Shown here piece after piece: positions 1-13,370 of a stretch of DNA of 64,000 nt (the first letter of the stretch is position 1; each line of letters starts with the position of its first letter). Position numbers and translations under genes: made by a program. The notes beneath the pieces were generated by a model. It worked only from the letters and a program-made list of their open reading frames with translations, did not search any database and was not told the origin of the DNA. Source of the stretch: Geosiphon pyriformis uo1 (Eukaryota > Fungi > Glomeromycota); contig JAAOMT010000525.1 in NCBI GenBank assembly GCA_016748015.1, positions 1 through 64,000 on the forward strand, given 5' to 3'.

Positions 1-76
1 ATTTGCTTCGCTTTCATCATCCAAAGCTAAGTTAACCCACCATAAATTGTTGATATCAGTTTCTATCATTCCACAG

Positions 77-1086
77 AGTTTGACGAATCGGTCTTCCCAA
101 CACTCACGGCGTCCTTTTTCACCCCCATCGAGAATAGTACAATATCAACTCAAGAATATGAGATTTTTGCTAACACTGACGTATGCACTCCTGCTGAACA
201 ACGTATAAAAACTGCCTTCAATGCGATCACATATCATCTCACGACTCACACACAAGAAAAAATTGAGCTATATGAGAAATCATGCAGAGAATATGAAATG
301 TTAATGAAAATTCTCGAAGGGCTAGGTAAAGCGGAAGAAGACGAGGCATTAGTTAAAAGATTGGAATCATCAATGGATACTGGCTCACGTCGCAAAGAAC
401 TAAAAAGTGAAATGGAATCAGCTGAAGTCACCAAAGAGGAAAATCTTCATACATCGATAGAAAGTTTCCTCCATGGCGGAGAGAAAATAAAGAAAGAGAT
501 CTTGGCGAAGGAACTTGAGATGCCATCTAGCGAGAATCTCCTTCAAGAAAATATAATAGAGGGAGAACAGTCTGGAAAAAACTCGGTTTCCAAGTTGAAT
601 AAGGCTTCCGAATACCACATTACGGGAACCGAACCTCCAAACTCGGACAAGGAGGTAATAGAAGAAATTCCTGAAATAATTATAGAAAATGGGAAAAACC
701 GTAAAAGTGAGGAGGAAGAGGCCGACATGAAACCAGAAGAGGGCGAAGTTCTTGACGAAAGGCTTTTAATTGTTTTATTAAAGCCTGATAAGTCCAATCA
801 AAAAAGTGGAAATGGTAATATCGCAGAAACTATTTTGTCTTCTACAGAAGATGGGGAAATTGATGATGACGATCCTGGGATTTTTACCAAATCTCGACCA
901 CGATTGCAACGTTCTCCAATCTTTAATGTGAAACCAACATCTCACACTAACTCAAAAGAAGTAAGGCCATCATTCACTTCAATTCCAAAAGAAAGCAATA
1001 GTCGTCAACTAGAAATACCGAAGGAAAAATCAACCACTAGAATTAAAAGCCCTGATTGGGCTTGGGATGATGAAGAGCTCGGATGA
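77..1086 (+). CDS. 3' exon of an uncharacterised acidic, low-complexity protein (5' part outside the window)
   Basis: Acceptor ccacag ends at 76. The frame is open from 79 through the 298..1086 ORF and ends KSPDWAWDDEELG*. No recognisable domain. Confidence 0.6.
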
Positions 1087-1513
1087 AAAATATTTTATAG
1101 AATAGTGTCATGGTGAAACAATTTTGTTCAGAGCACTATTCCATATTTTCTTCAGTTTAAGTCATTGCACTTTTCCTTCTCAGCATTTACAGCTCTCCTA
1201 TTACCTGCCATTCCTTCATTTTTGCTTTAAAGTTAATTTGTACGCAAATCCCATTGGTTTGGAAGCTTTTCGATTCTATAAATTTTACATAAGAATCAAG
1301 CCCAATTTGGATGGTTAGTTGGTTCTTTTATAGATAATCTAATATGATTCTTCCGTATATATCTGGTCTAAGCTTAAATTACCTTTTTAAACAAGAGAGC
1401 AAAGCAGAATTTAATTCAGAAAATTTTGAACTAAAATGTAAAACTAATGATTAAATGATTGTCATTTGCGTACAAGTACAAACAGACTTGGATTAAGCCA
1501 CACTTTAATCAGA

Positions 1514-2125
1514 TTAGTAAGGTAAATTAGGCTTGTTCCTCTCTTTTTCCGCGCGTTTCTCCTATGAAGTTGAAATAGAACCAGGATTAAATAACATGCA
1601 TAAAATCTACTCGAACCGATAATCCGGGCCAAATTTTACTTACCGCACGCCATTTGGCGACAGTTTGCGGCATTTCTGCCAATGCCTTTTCAATCTTGGC
1701 AATCCTAGAGGTGTATGAAATGAATAAATTCAGTAGAAAATCAATCATTTATATCCAGCATTGCAAATACTCAAAAACTCTTCATGCCATTACCTGGCTG
1801 GTAACTCTCGTTCCCATTTGTGTCCCTCACGTGGGGTATCTCTCGGCGGTTTCCTCGGCGGCTTGTCAGGCATTCCTATACTTGCTGGATCAATGCCCAA
1901 GTAGAGACAGTTTTTTCGCATATCCCCTTGTTGACGAAGTGGAATGCGAGGACCAAGCCATCTCCGGCGGTTAGTAACTTTATTAATGAGCCAGCGAGGT
2001 TTAAAGTCTTCTGGTTTATAGATTTGTTGAATATGGGCGAGTTTTTTGGGTGAAATATACTTTTTACCAAAGCCTCTTATAAAATTCAGGGCCGGCGTAA
2101 CAGCTTTTTGGAGAGGTTGCGTCAT
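1514..2125 (-). CDS. MRPL25: Mitochondrial large-subunit ribosomal protein mL59 (MRPL25), 3 exons (2125-1794, 1704-1644, 1561-1514)
   Basis: Spliced product contains RWLGPRIPLRQQG, GHKWERELPARIAKIEKALAEMPQTVAKWR and EKERNKPNLPY*, matching mL59 motifs. GT..AG introns keep the frame. Confidence 0.8.
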
Positions 2126-2259
2126 TTTTGGAGAAAACTTTTTAATCGATCGGTTGGCCCTGATTCAAATTAATGTAAGATGCATCTGATCGAGATACAT
2201 TATATCAGCATCATCATGCAGATTATTGCGACTAGCCTTCTTTTGACTTACCTTTTGAT

Positions 2260-3472
2260 ATGTTAGGCACAAAGGGAGATTTTGCAGCCGTACGAGAGGC
2301 CATTAAAGAAGTGCTGCCACAACCCGGCTATGACGACGGTTCCGCTGGTCCGGTATTCGTCAGATTAGCCTGGCACGCCTCTGGTACATATGATCTCCAC
2401 ACCAAGACGGGTGGTTCCAACGGTGCTACTATGCGGTTTGCGACGGAAGCAAATGACCCGGCGAACGCAGGTTTGGAACGCGCGAGAGAGTTTTTGGAAC
2501 CTGTAAAAAAGAAGTTTCCTTGGATTTCTTGTGAGTTTCTAGGTTTAAAAGAGAAAGGAAATTTTAGATCTTGAAAAATATTTCTTTCAATGAAAATTTA
2601 CAATTTAAATCTCATCTGTGATCCATCTTTTTGCTCCCATCTTTATGAACAATTTGAGAGGGTAGATGTAAAAATATTATTGTAGCATCAATTCACAAAT
2701 ATTGATCGTCTTTTGGTTTCTAGACGCTGATTTATGGACTATTGCTGGTGTCGTTGCAATTGAAGCTATGGGTGGGCCAGTTGTCCCATGGAAGCCGGGT
2801 CGAACAGACAAGACCAAAGAAAGTGAATGTCCATCAAACGGTCGTCTTCCGGACGCTGCTCATACCCAACAACACGTGCGTGATGTATTTTATCGAATGG
2901 GTTTCAATGATCAGTGAGTTTTTTCGCTCACTTGACTGCCATTTGAATATGCTCTCTTATTTTTCTTATAAAGATTTTCGTTTTTGAAGGCCTCAGTTAA
3001 TTAAGCATTTTATTCGATGATAGGGAGATTGTTGCGCTGATTGGTGCGCATTCAATTGGTCGTTGTCATAAGGACCGTTCAGGGTACGATGGTCCATGGA
3101 CGTACACTCCTACCCGGTTTTCAAATCAATAGTAAAGCATTTCTATTTCAAAATATTATTGCTATTTCGTGTTTAAAAGTTCCTTTACATAATCATAAAA
3201 GTTTGTTTCATTTTAATTTAATCAGCTTCATCCAATTATTAAAGCAGAACTGGTCACTGAAAAACGTGAATGGGAAAATACAATTTAAGGATGATGCGGA
3301 CGAACTGATGATGTTACCAGCTGATATTGCTTTAATCGTCGATCCAAAATTCCGGGAAATCATTGAAATATATGCAAAAGATAAGCAAGCCTTTTTCAAT
3401 GATTTTTCCTCGGCTTTTGGCAAATTGTTGGAACTAGGAGTTATGAGGAATGAGGCAAATGCGAAACTTTGA
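2260..3472 (+). CDS. Class I heme peroxidase, cytochrome c peroxidase-like (CCP2 type), 4 exons (2260-2530, 2724-2913, 3024-3131, 3226-3472)
   Basis: Distal [40 protein letters not shown] and proximal GAHSIGRCH motifs. No mitochondrial presequence; C-terminal AKL. Confidence 0.92.
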
Positions 3473-3873
3473 AACTTACCTTTAGCGGCCTGTGAGATTT
3501 AGATGAAAGTTTCAATATTTTAAATTAGGGACTGGAATAGTCAAATCACTGAGAAAATTTTTCCTATTCTGTTGTCAATTTTGATATATTAATAAATACT
3601 TTATTCGCTAAAATATTAAATAAGATTTTAGGTTTAGATTTGAGCTATTAAAATATCAAGTTGATTAGCGGCGATTCAATTTAGTGATTTCTGGCGTAAT
3701 ATTTCAAACCAAAAATTATGTGACGTAACAAATACATAGGCCCAATGAAAAAGATCTCGATTTGATATACAATTTAGCCCAGGAATCCACTCCCAGAAAA
3801 CTAAAAACAAATCCCTTTCAAGTCTACAGAATTTTTATTAGAATTCTAATATTGAAAAATTCTATTGGCGATG

Positions 3874-5447
3874 TCACTCTGATCCATTTTTAGGTAAGAT
3901 TGCATCATGCTCTTTGACTGCTTCGAAATTCTCATATGAAGACACCTCCCATCCAGAGACTTTTCGACCTTGCACAAAAACAGCTCGCAAATTCCGTTCA
4001 TCACCCAAAAACATAAACTTTTCAAAAATCCGTTCTACTTCATCATCAATCCCATCAAAAACATCAAAAGGCGAATCAGGTGAACCTGTATCGACCAATA
4101 ACGCATCAAACTCTTTTCCTACGCGAAAATTGCCAATCACATTCTCCAAATTACACAATTCAGCCCCACCCATTGTAGCAAGATAAGTCAATTCGACCAG
4201 CGTTAAGGGTTTTACTTGGACACTATCGGATTCCTTATCGTGTGAAGACATTGATATTACTCGGCTCGCTATGCTGGCATTTCGTACGGCATCTAATATA
4301 CATTTAGCTGATCCAGCACTTATATCCGTCCCCAGTCCTACTTTGATACCATCGTTTAGCAGTTCTCGAACATGACACACGCCTGATAATATCGTGAAAT
4401 TGGCGTTGGGGCAGTGCGAGATTCCGACATTACGTTTTTTGAGAAGTATACGTTCGGTGGGTAATAAATGCACCGCATGTGCCATAATTGTCTTATGACC
4501 CAACAAACCAAACTTGTCGTAAACCTCTGCATAAGACTCGATATCAGAGAATAATTCCTGAACAAATTGAACCTCTTCTCGGTTCTCGGATAAATGTGAC
4601 TGTATCGGTATATCATAGTTTCTGGCTAACTCACCCAACGAACTCAACAATTCTGCTGAACAAGCAATAGCAAATCGAGGTGTGATAATCGGCATCACTA
4701 ATGGTGATTGCCCATTTTCTTGTTGCTTTTTCCCCATCTCTAATGTGTGCTCTATAAAAGATCGCGTATCATTGATACTAGTATCTTTAGTCTCAATATA
4801 TGTATCAGGTACATTACGATCCATATTGACTTTTCCTACAAAAGCCCGTTGCCCTTTATCATACACTAATTTTGCCAAATATTTACTTGTTTCCAGGTGC
4901 ATTGTGGCAAAATAGACAGCTGTAGTAGTACCGCTTCGTAATAAACGGTTTACAACTGTTGGGTAAACTTTTTGAGCAAACTGGAGTGAAGAGAACGAGG
5001 TTTCGAGTGGAAAGGTGTACTTGTTCAGCCAGTCAAGAAGTGGAAGGTCCATTCCCGTCCCAGCATTTGGGTATTGTGGCGCATGGGTATGTGTGTCCAC
5101 AAAACCTGGCATTAAGAATTGTCGTTTATTCAAACGTCTGATCTATACAAAGAGGCGAAACAGAAACAATTAATATTCGTTTCATACTTTGAGAACGCAG
5201 AGAAATCAAAAAAATTTAGTATTTCTAAACTTCATTTCACCTTTTTTTCACCAAAACCTGTATCTAAACCCCATTTCACTAAAAAACCCTTCAACATTTC
5301 ACTTGAAACCTCCCTCTCAACAAACACAATTTTCCCTAATTCATCTACACCTACAAGTCCGTCTTTAATAATTTCTAATTTATCAAGGGTGATAGAATGT
5401 ATGAGAGTACCATGATAAATTTGGGTAATCTCAATTGAGGAATCCAT
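3874..5447 (-). CDS. GUD1: Guanine deaminase, 2 exons (5447-5241, 5142-3874)
   Basis: PGFVDTHTHAPQY, PIITPRFA, QSHLSEN, MAHAVHL, GLGTDISAG and GKEFDAL amidohydrolase motifs. Confidence 0.95.
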
Positions 5448-5566
5448 CGTCTGTTGTGAGGGTCACGTCAAGAGATTTGCTAAATCAAGTTCTAGGTCTG
5501 TGATCTACAAATTAATTTATTAGATCTATGCGTCACTAAAAAGCTGAAAATGATTTTTTGAACTAA

Positions 5567-6742
<1,176 letters not shown>

Positions 6743-8201
6743 ACATTTTATTAAAGATTTAAGAATATAGTTATTCTGCACATTTCTTAAGTTCAGTTGA
6801 CCGATACGAGATATTTGGCAGAATTACTCCAAACTTTTAATAAATTTTCAACCGATCTTTACCTTTCTTAAATATCTATAATTGAATTAAATAGGTTTTA
6901 TCTTTCGAGTTATAATTACATTAAATGACAGCTAGTTGGCTGGCGAATATTTCAATACATGCGATTTTTAAACCGGCGAAAATTTTAGTTCACGATTGGC
7001 CTGATTCATCTTCAAGTTGCTAAATTGACATTACATTACTTATATTGAAAAATGATGCGACTAGTCACCTGATGCTAAAAAACTAATATTACCTGTCATT
7101 TTTTTATACTGTAATGCATCACCTGAACTAAAATTTTATTTATTTTAAATAATTATTATCATTATTATTATTATTGGTAATTTTTCAATTGAGATAATCA
7201 TATAATTTTTTTTTGAATATTAGCCTCTAGATCAGCTTTAAAAATTACACCTAAAGTAATTTGAATACATTTGTCAAATGGTGTGTCATGAAGGATCAAC
7301 AAGTTTTGTTTTTCCGTTGGAAAAATTATGTAAGTAACAGGAAAGAAGTTTTCATTGCTTTCAATTGTGTGGGCAACAGAGTATCCTATTTTGGTAATAG
7401 TTAATTCTTTATTTTTTGAATCAAAGATGAGATTTTTTCTAATATGATCAACACTTAAAAAATCCAATTTATTTTTGTATTTAAAAAAATTGAAAGTTAT
7501 TATTATCCTGGCTTCATGCATTTTAATTAAAAATGCTTAGTGCAAAAGGCCCAAAAATAAAGTTAAAAAAAAAACTGTCCTATGCCTTAAAATTATGGAA
7601 TAAATTTTGGAAGGATTAATTTCGGGAAAAAGAAATCATTTTATCATGTGGACTAGTTATTAAAAACGAGTTGTCACTAACATGTATGCCCCTGACTGTA
7701 TTATTTATTTCACATACGTTAGAATCAATGGTGTGTCACAGTGCTGCATCATAAAGTTTCTATTGTTTGAATTAAAATTTTGAATTTTTGACTATTCAGA
7801 TTCCAAACTGTATAATAATAAGCAAAGAGGCGTGATTTAATTACATTCATTAATAATAAGCAAGTGTGCAGTACAACAAAAATTTTAGAACTCGGTTAAA
7901 CGAGACAAGACAAAGAAAATTTTCAACAGATTGAAAAATCTGAAAAATTTTGTTAATGTACTCAGCACATCAAGTAAAATGTTTATTCCGCTGCCGCGGT
8001 AACAAACTTGACGAAATGTGATTTAAAAAAAGAGATAGGCAATTACAAGAAAATATATATTACGCGTTCTTTCGACATCCTCCCAGAGATCACTATTTTT
8101 ACAATTCAAGATTTGCTCAAAATCTGTCATTCTGCTCTTTGGAAAAATTTATTTTATAATTGAGCGGCAAAATTAAAAATTAAAAGAAGCGAAGAGCAAT
8201 C

Positions 8202-9331
8202 ATGAAGAATCAAGTAGCTCCAGTAGCAGTGTCAATGTTACCCATTGAACTCATCCTTGATATATTCAAATATATTCCAACACGACAACTATGTGGATTC
8301 ATGATAATTTCGCGAGATTTTAATTTTGAAATAAAGAAGACGATAGTAGAACGGTTTAAAAAGATATTTTGGAATGATCACCGTAGACTCTTGGTATATA
8401 TTGTTTCCATGTTTAGACTCTTTGGCACTTGAGTTTACCTAGCTGACTAATGTTTAACTACCAATTTTCTGTATTTTATTATATTCATAGATATTCTTAA
8501 CACGTTTTCTGCTCGACTTTGTTCCAATGCACAACGCATTTGACCTAACCTTTAAGCACTTGAATAACGAAGACCTAATAGCAACTTTCCTAGTGGATAT
8601 TTCACAACCAAAGGGTACAATAGGGCCAAAAAAAACCCCATTATGGGGTTTGAAACTTCGTGGTGATGGCCTTGTCCGTGATCCTATGAACGAGTCAATA
8701 TATTCCTCTAGTTGGGACGTAGCTTCTGAGCAAAATGACGCAAGGATATATGTGTTTGACAGTGAAACAGATAGCGAGCATCCACTAATAAGGTAAAATT
8801 AAATCTTTTATTGTTGAACTTATTTCGCACCTTTGGTCCGCAAAAAATTTAGCCAATACATTTTGATTTTGATTCCCCAGAACTTTTTATGTAACACGTG
8901 GAACTTTGAAACCACCTATGCGGACCTCAAATCTTGAAGTAAATATTAAAAATAATAAAAAACCTTCAATTGAGACAACAAATCCAAGCCTCTCAATCGA
9001 AAACAATGATAAAATATGCGATAAAACCACCAATTCAAGTAAAGAAAATATCGATTTCGGGAAAGGTATAGAAAACATAGATGGATGGTGGGCACGTGAT
9101 GTGATAAATCGTAAAAACATTAAGGATCAACCACGAGCAAATTTTCTTGGAAAGAACCCTAATCAGTGTGAAGGTGTGGTCGGGATGTTACGTGCGGTTC
9201 GAATCGGAGCGCCAATGGTATTGGTAGCAATAGAAGAAAAGCAACAAGATAAAGGAATTGGTGGGGTTAAATATTTAGTCATGAATGGTGGGCAGGAATA
9301 TATGCGACGAAAAGGGTGTACTATATCATGA
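8202..9331 (+). CDS. F-box domain protein, 3 exons (8202-8393, 8491-8792, 8881-9331)
   Basis: N-terminal LPIELILDIFKYIP F-box-like motif. GT..AG introns join the three ORF-track pieces in frame. Confidence 0.72.
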
Positions 9332-9929
9332 TTTTGGGTTATGCAGCAGCTTTATACTAATCAAGATAACTATAGACGCATCAAGGTAATGTGAATTTGA
9401 AGCTTGATGCCAGATTCTCATCCTTAAATTTATAAAAAGTAATCTTAGATCAATTACATGGACAATTAATTCTCGCTAAATAAGTTAAGCATCTTCTTTT
9501 TAAATCAATGATCCTATTTTTGCAGACTTTTTGATCTCTAATTTTTTATATGAAACGAACATAATTCCTTGCTATTTGTGTTTTTGAAATTGATTAAAAT
9601 ATCAAGAAATAAATCTGAGTGAATAAGTATTATTTGGCATATTTCAAAATTGCCAATTTATTAGAACTAATAAAACGTTTAATTCATAAACGCAAATTAA
9701 GTTTACTTTTTTGAGTTTTAATTAAAATATTTAGTTTTAACAATCTCATTTTAAATAATAATAATGCGAACAAACTTTGCTTTTGATTATTTGAAAACTT
9801 GACTTTCTAGATATTGTTTTTTCAAAAACATAATACATCTATTCTGTTTTGTATATGTGCTGGGGGAATTTCAGTTTTTCATGGTTAGGGTATATCTATT
9901 AAAAATCAACACCTTTGCTGCTCCACAGA

Positions 9930-10003
9930 TATCGGATGGTTTGTAACATCAATAATAGCCAATACTAAGGATTGCTATTTAATGGTTATTATTTCCTGCA
10001 TGG
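9930..10003 (-). ncRNA. Putative omegaRNA scaffold remnant and right end of the Fanzor element
   Basis: Immediately 3' of the Fanzor stop. Imperfect hairpin at 9944-9988 (plus strand taacatcaataatagc ... gctatttaatggtta). The position matches where Fanzor/TnpB omegaRNAs lie; boundaries are inferred. Confidence 0.35.
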
Positions 10004-11500
10004 TCACGCTGGGACCAAGGCTCCATCAAGCAATGCCCAGAGAAGATCCATCTATCACAATCACACAATTCCGGTAGTTGTACACTTTGGACCCTCCGAT
10101 TCTTTGGATGCTACCACATTGACTACAATTCTTGGATGTGTAAGCTTCGTTCTGAATAATAACATGGACCCCTAATTTCTCGGCCTTGGTGATCAGACGT
10201 TGTCGAAAGCGATAATGCGCCCAGAGGACATTTTCCGACAATTTTTCGTATAATCTTTCTTATCTTGCGATTCACCATGTCCGATACTTCAAAAGGAGAA
10301 ATGACAATGGCGTTGAATTTGCAGGTAAAGAATCAACTGAATTATGGTTTGCAGATGTATAAATTTTTGCCACATCTGAAAATCACCTTATCGAGTCGCC
10401 GGCCATTCTATTCTTACGTTTTGAGAAAGATACTGTTTAACTTATCGTTTTGAAATTGTCCAAGTACTTGCAAATGCGAACTATAAGTTCAATAGAATGT
10501 CCGCAATCTTCCCTACACCTTTCATGGGAGAGTACTGTAAAAGGTGTACGGACGCCGGGATCAATGGAGACTGCGTGACAGAGCCATCCGCTTGGGTTTG
10601 GCAGAGCTGTTTTTGTGTCACATATACCAAGCAAACTTCCACTCGTTAGTTTTGCGATAATAGGAGAGCTTGTCATTCGACATTATCTTGTGAGGAACAG
10701 GTCACTTATTGTTATGCCTCGAAATGAAGAGGCCACAAAGCACGCTTGTCATTTACCAGAATGGTGGTAATAACGATGTGTAGTAAGCATATGGAGATGA
10801 GTGATATGGAAATAGTTCCATTGTTTGTCCCAGACCTTTGAGATCGAAATGGTAGAATGTGCTGATAGACCTTTCCGATTCGCATTACTTCTTCCCTAGC
10901 AGTCAATGCTTCATCGATTGCCTCGTTGATAATATTCGCAGTGCATAAAATTGCGTTACACACAACACTTCGTCTTCATGTTCATCAACATCTTTTCCTA
11001 CCCGAACATCTGCATAAGCTCAAATTCATCTTTGATGGATTGAGGCTTTATCCAAGCTTGTTGTGATTGACAGATATGGGAATTTTGATATAAAAGACTC
11101 CAGTAGAAAACAGTATTATAAGCAAATCCAATCACCACTTCAAGAGGTGCTTTTGAGGATGGTTCGGATACACCTTGATTAATAGTGTACGGTTGAGAGA
11201 TATTTCTATCTTCTAACGTTTGCGACGAGCTTCTGTCGCTTTTCTTTTGCGCTTTTCACCTGTTCTGACGCTCTTGTCGATGGCAGGCAGCTCTACTTCT
11301 CTGCCTGCGGCAAATAAAGACTGTGTTGATAACAAAATTGTCTTTTGAGAGTTTATACTTGTTAGAGGTTACATCGTCGAAGAGAGCCACGAGTTTTGCA
11401 GAATGGAGGATAAAGATATATTGGAAGAGGTTGAAGACAAATTGACCAAGTGTCACGGTGGGTGACTATACTTTCCGAGACAATTCCGCGGTTTGTTCGT
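10004..11500 (-). pseudogene. Decayed Fanzor2 (eukaryotic IS607-type TnpB RNA-guided nuclease)
   Basis: Motifs in order across frameshifts: N-terminal AELSRKV*SPT..QNSWLS; basic KRKRKATEARRKR; OrfB-like RTLLIKVYPNHPQKHLLKW..FAYNTV; NEAIDEALTARE; RuvC-I VSIDPGVRTPFT; FNAIVISPFEVSDMVNRK; WAHYRFRQRL; EAYTSKNCSQCG..GGSKVY zinc ribbon; ..ALLDGA. The RuvC-III RDxNGA segment is deleted. Confidence 0.85.
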
Positions 11501-11970
11501 TTAAAATTTATTTTTCGTGATTTTAGGCATTACTAAGCAATTTATTGATAGGCACTATTAAGCAAATCTTTCCATTTGGGAAATTAGTGTAAAAATTAAT
11601 ATTTTAGATGAGACATCTCTGGCTTTCAAAGATCAAAGTGATTTGAGATTCAAACCCAAGATTAACAGGCGCAAAAATATGTTTATTGAACCGTCAACGA
11701 TCTCATTAGGAGAAAAGTCCAGTTACATTTAAATTGTTTTGCCAAAAGAAAAAATTAAATTTAACATTGATACTCTATGAATTCTCAAATGTTTCAGGTT
11801 GTGGGAGACCGCAATGTATGTTCGAATTAAAATCAACATTGGGATAATTAAAAAATTATCATAAGAAATACTAGGTGCTTTGATACATGACCCGAAAGAT
11901 TTTGAGGGGCCAAAGAAAAGTCATAAGAATTTCAAAGTTATCCATACATATATCAGCCAGACTTGATAAT

Positions 11971-12898
11971 CTATCCTGAATCTGAGTCACCAGACTCCTC
12001 AATAACCACACTTGTCACATCATCCTTCCATTTCTCTTCGATGGCTGTTAATAAAATTCCAGATTTGATAACTACCTCCTCGAGAAACGCAGTGACCAAA
12101 AAGCTTTCAAAATCACCAAACTCCCTTTTAGAATTACTAACAACAATCTCGGCGTAGCGATCAATGGCACTACGCCACCATCCCAGGCTCTCTGTTTTGG
12201 CATCACCAGAAAAGGTAACGGTACCATTAGTCACAAAGATTGCCTCGTGATAAATATCAGCGGGAGAGAATACATGAACAGAAACGTTCTTTATCCATTG
12301 TTCGGGATCATGATATGGCCTCCACGTAGATTCAAGATTAATACACGCGTTAAGTCTAATCGTTTCCAAGCGATCAGTCCCGTCCAACTTTCTAGCTATT
12401 ATTTTAGGCGAAGCAGCTGGTTTTGATGTTTTCGTACAAGAAGGGGATATGGGATGTGGGTCATTTGAGGTAGGGATGATAGATGCATCATTGATCTTGA
12501 AACGGGCATTGAGAGTATCAACATCAGCGTCTAATAAAACAAGATCAAAGATATGAGTTGGGCCTGGGCCGTGGGTATCCAATGATTCAATAGTTGTCTA
12601 AATAAGGGAAGCAGGTGAGAATAAACATTAAAACCAGCTTATATAATGCTTGGCTTTCTTTAGACAAAAAGCACTTTGTCCCCAATGGAATTCGAAAACT
12701 TTCTGAACCCACCAGAAAACAATTCCTTCCACTTGTGAAAGTTTGCTGAACCCGTGCGATAAGTATTTTACGTATCTCATACTTGAATTGTCGCGATAAA
12801 CATAGATAACGACATAAATCACGAGAAGGTACAAATTCTAGTATCGCTATGATGAGCTCGCTAGGCAAAAAATGTAACGCGGGCGCTCTGGAGACCAT
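11971..12898 (-). CDS. F-box domain protein (paralog of 8202-9331), 2 exons (12898-12713, 12597-11971)
   Basis: LPSELIIAILEFVP F-box-like start. First intron at the same position and phase as in the 8202 gene, followed by a similar FDL..L..F segment. Confidence 0.72.
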
Positions 12899-13370
12899 AT
12901 TTTAAGCTAGATAGCTTTGTGTCTTAAATAAACAATAAAAAAATTAGAAAGCTTTTGAATAGGTCTTTTAAACCATTTTTAGTGAAAAAGAAACATTATT
13001 TGCTTGGGTAAGAATTTGGCGAGAATTTGTCACACAGAACATCTCGTTAACAAACTTGAATGATGGTCCATACCCATATATGAATTAAAAATATCACGTA
13101 TTAAGCTAGAAGTAATCTTTTAACTGTGATTCAGAAAATCTTAGGAATTTACTTTTGAACAAGATATATTACATGATTCCCAACTTTTCTTCAGTGGAAT
13201 GGAATTTCAATTTTTATCCCATACAAATTGCTTTATTTCTTATTTGCTTTGAATTTACTTGGGCACAAAGAAAGTTACGAAAAAGATAAATTGAACCATA
13301 AATTTTTAAAATAAGATGATATTTGCAAAGGGAAAATAATGATGCTGAAGCTAGACTAGGAATTTTCATT

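Noticed and set aside
1654-1974. Plus-strand 106-aa ORF
   Set aside because: Antisense to the spliced MRPL25 gene, with a TTG start and no motif.
7198-7521. 107-aa minus-strand ORF
   Set aside because: AT-rich with no recognisable motif or clear splice partners; cannot be supported as a gene.
10004-11500. Functional Fanzor or autonomous IS607 element
   Set aside because: Multiple stops and frameshifts, RuvC-III deleted, and no serine-recombinase motif seen upstream.
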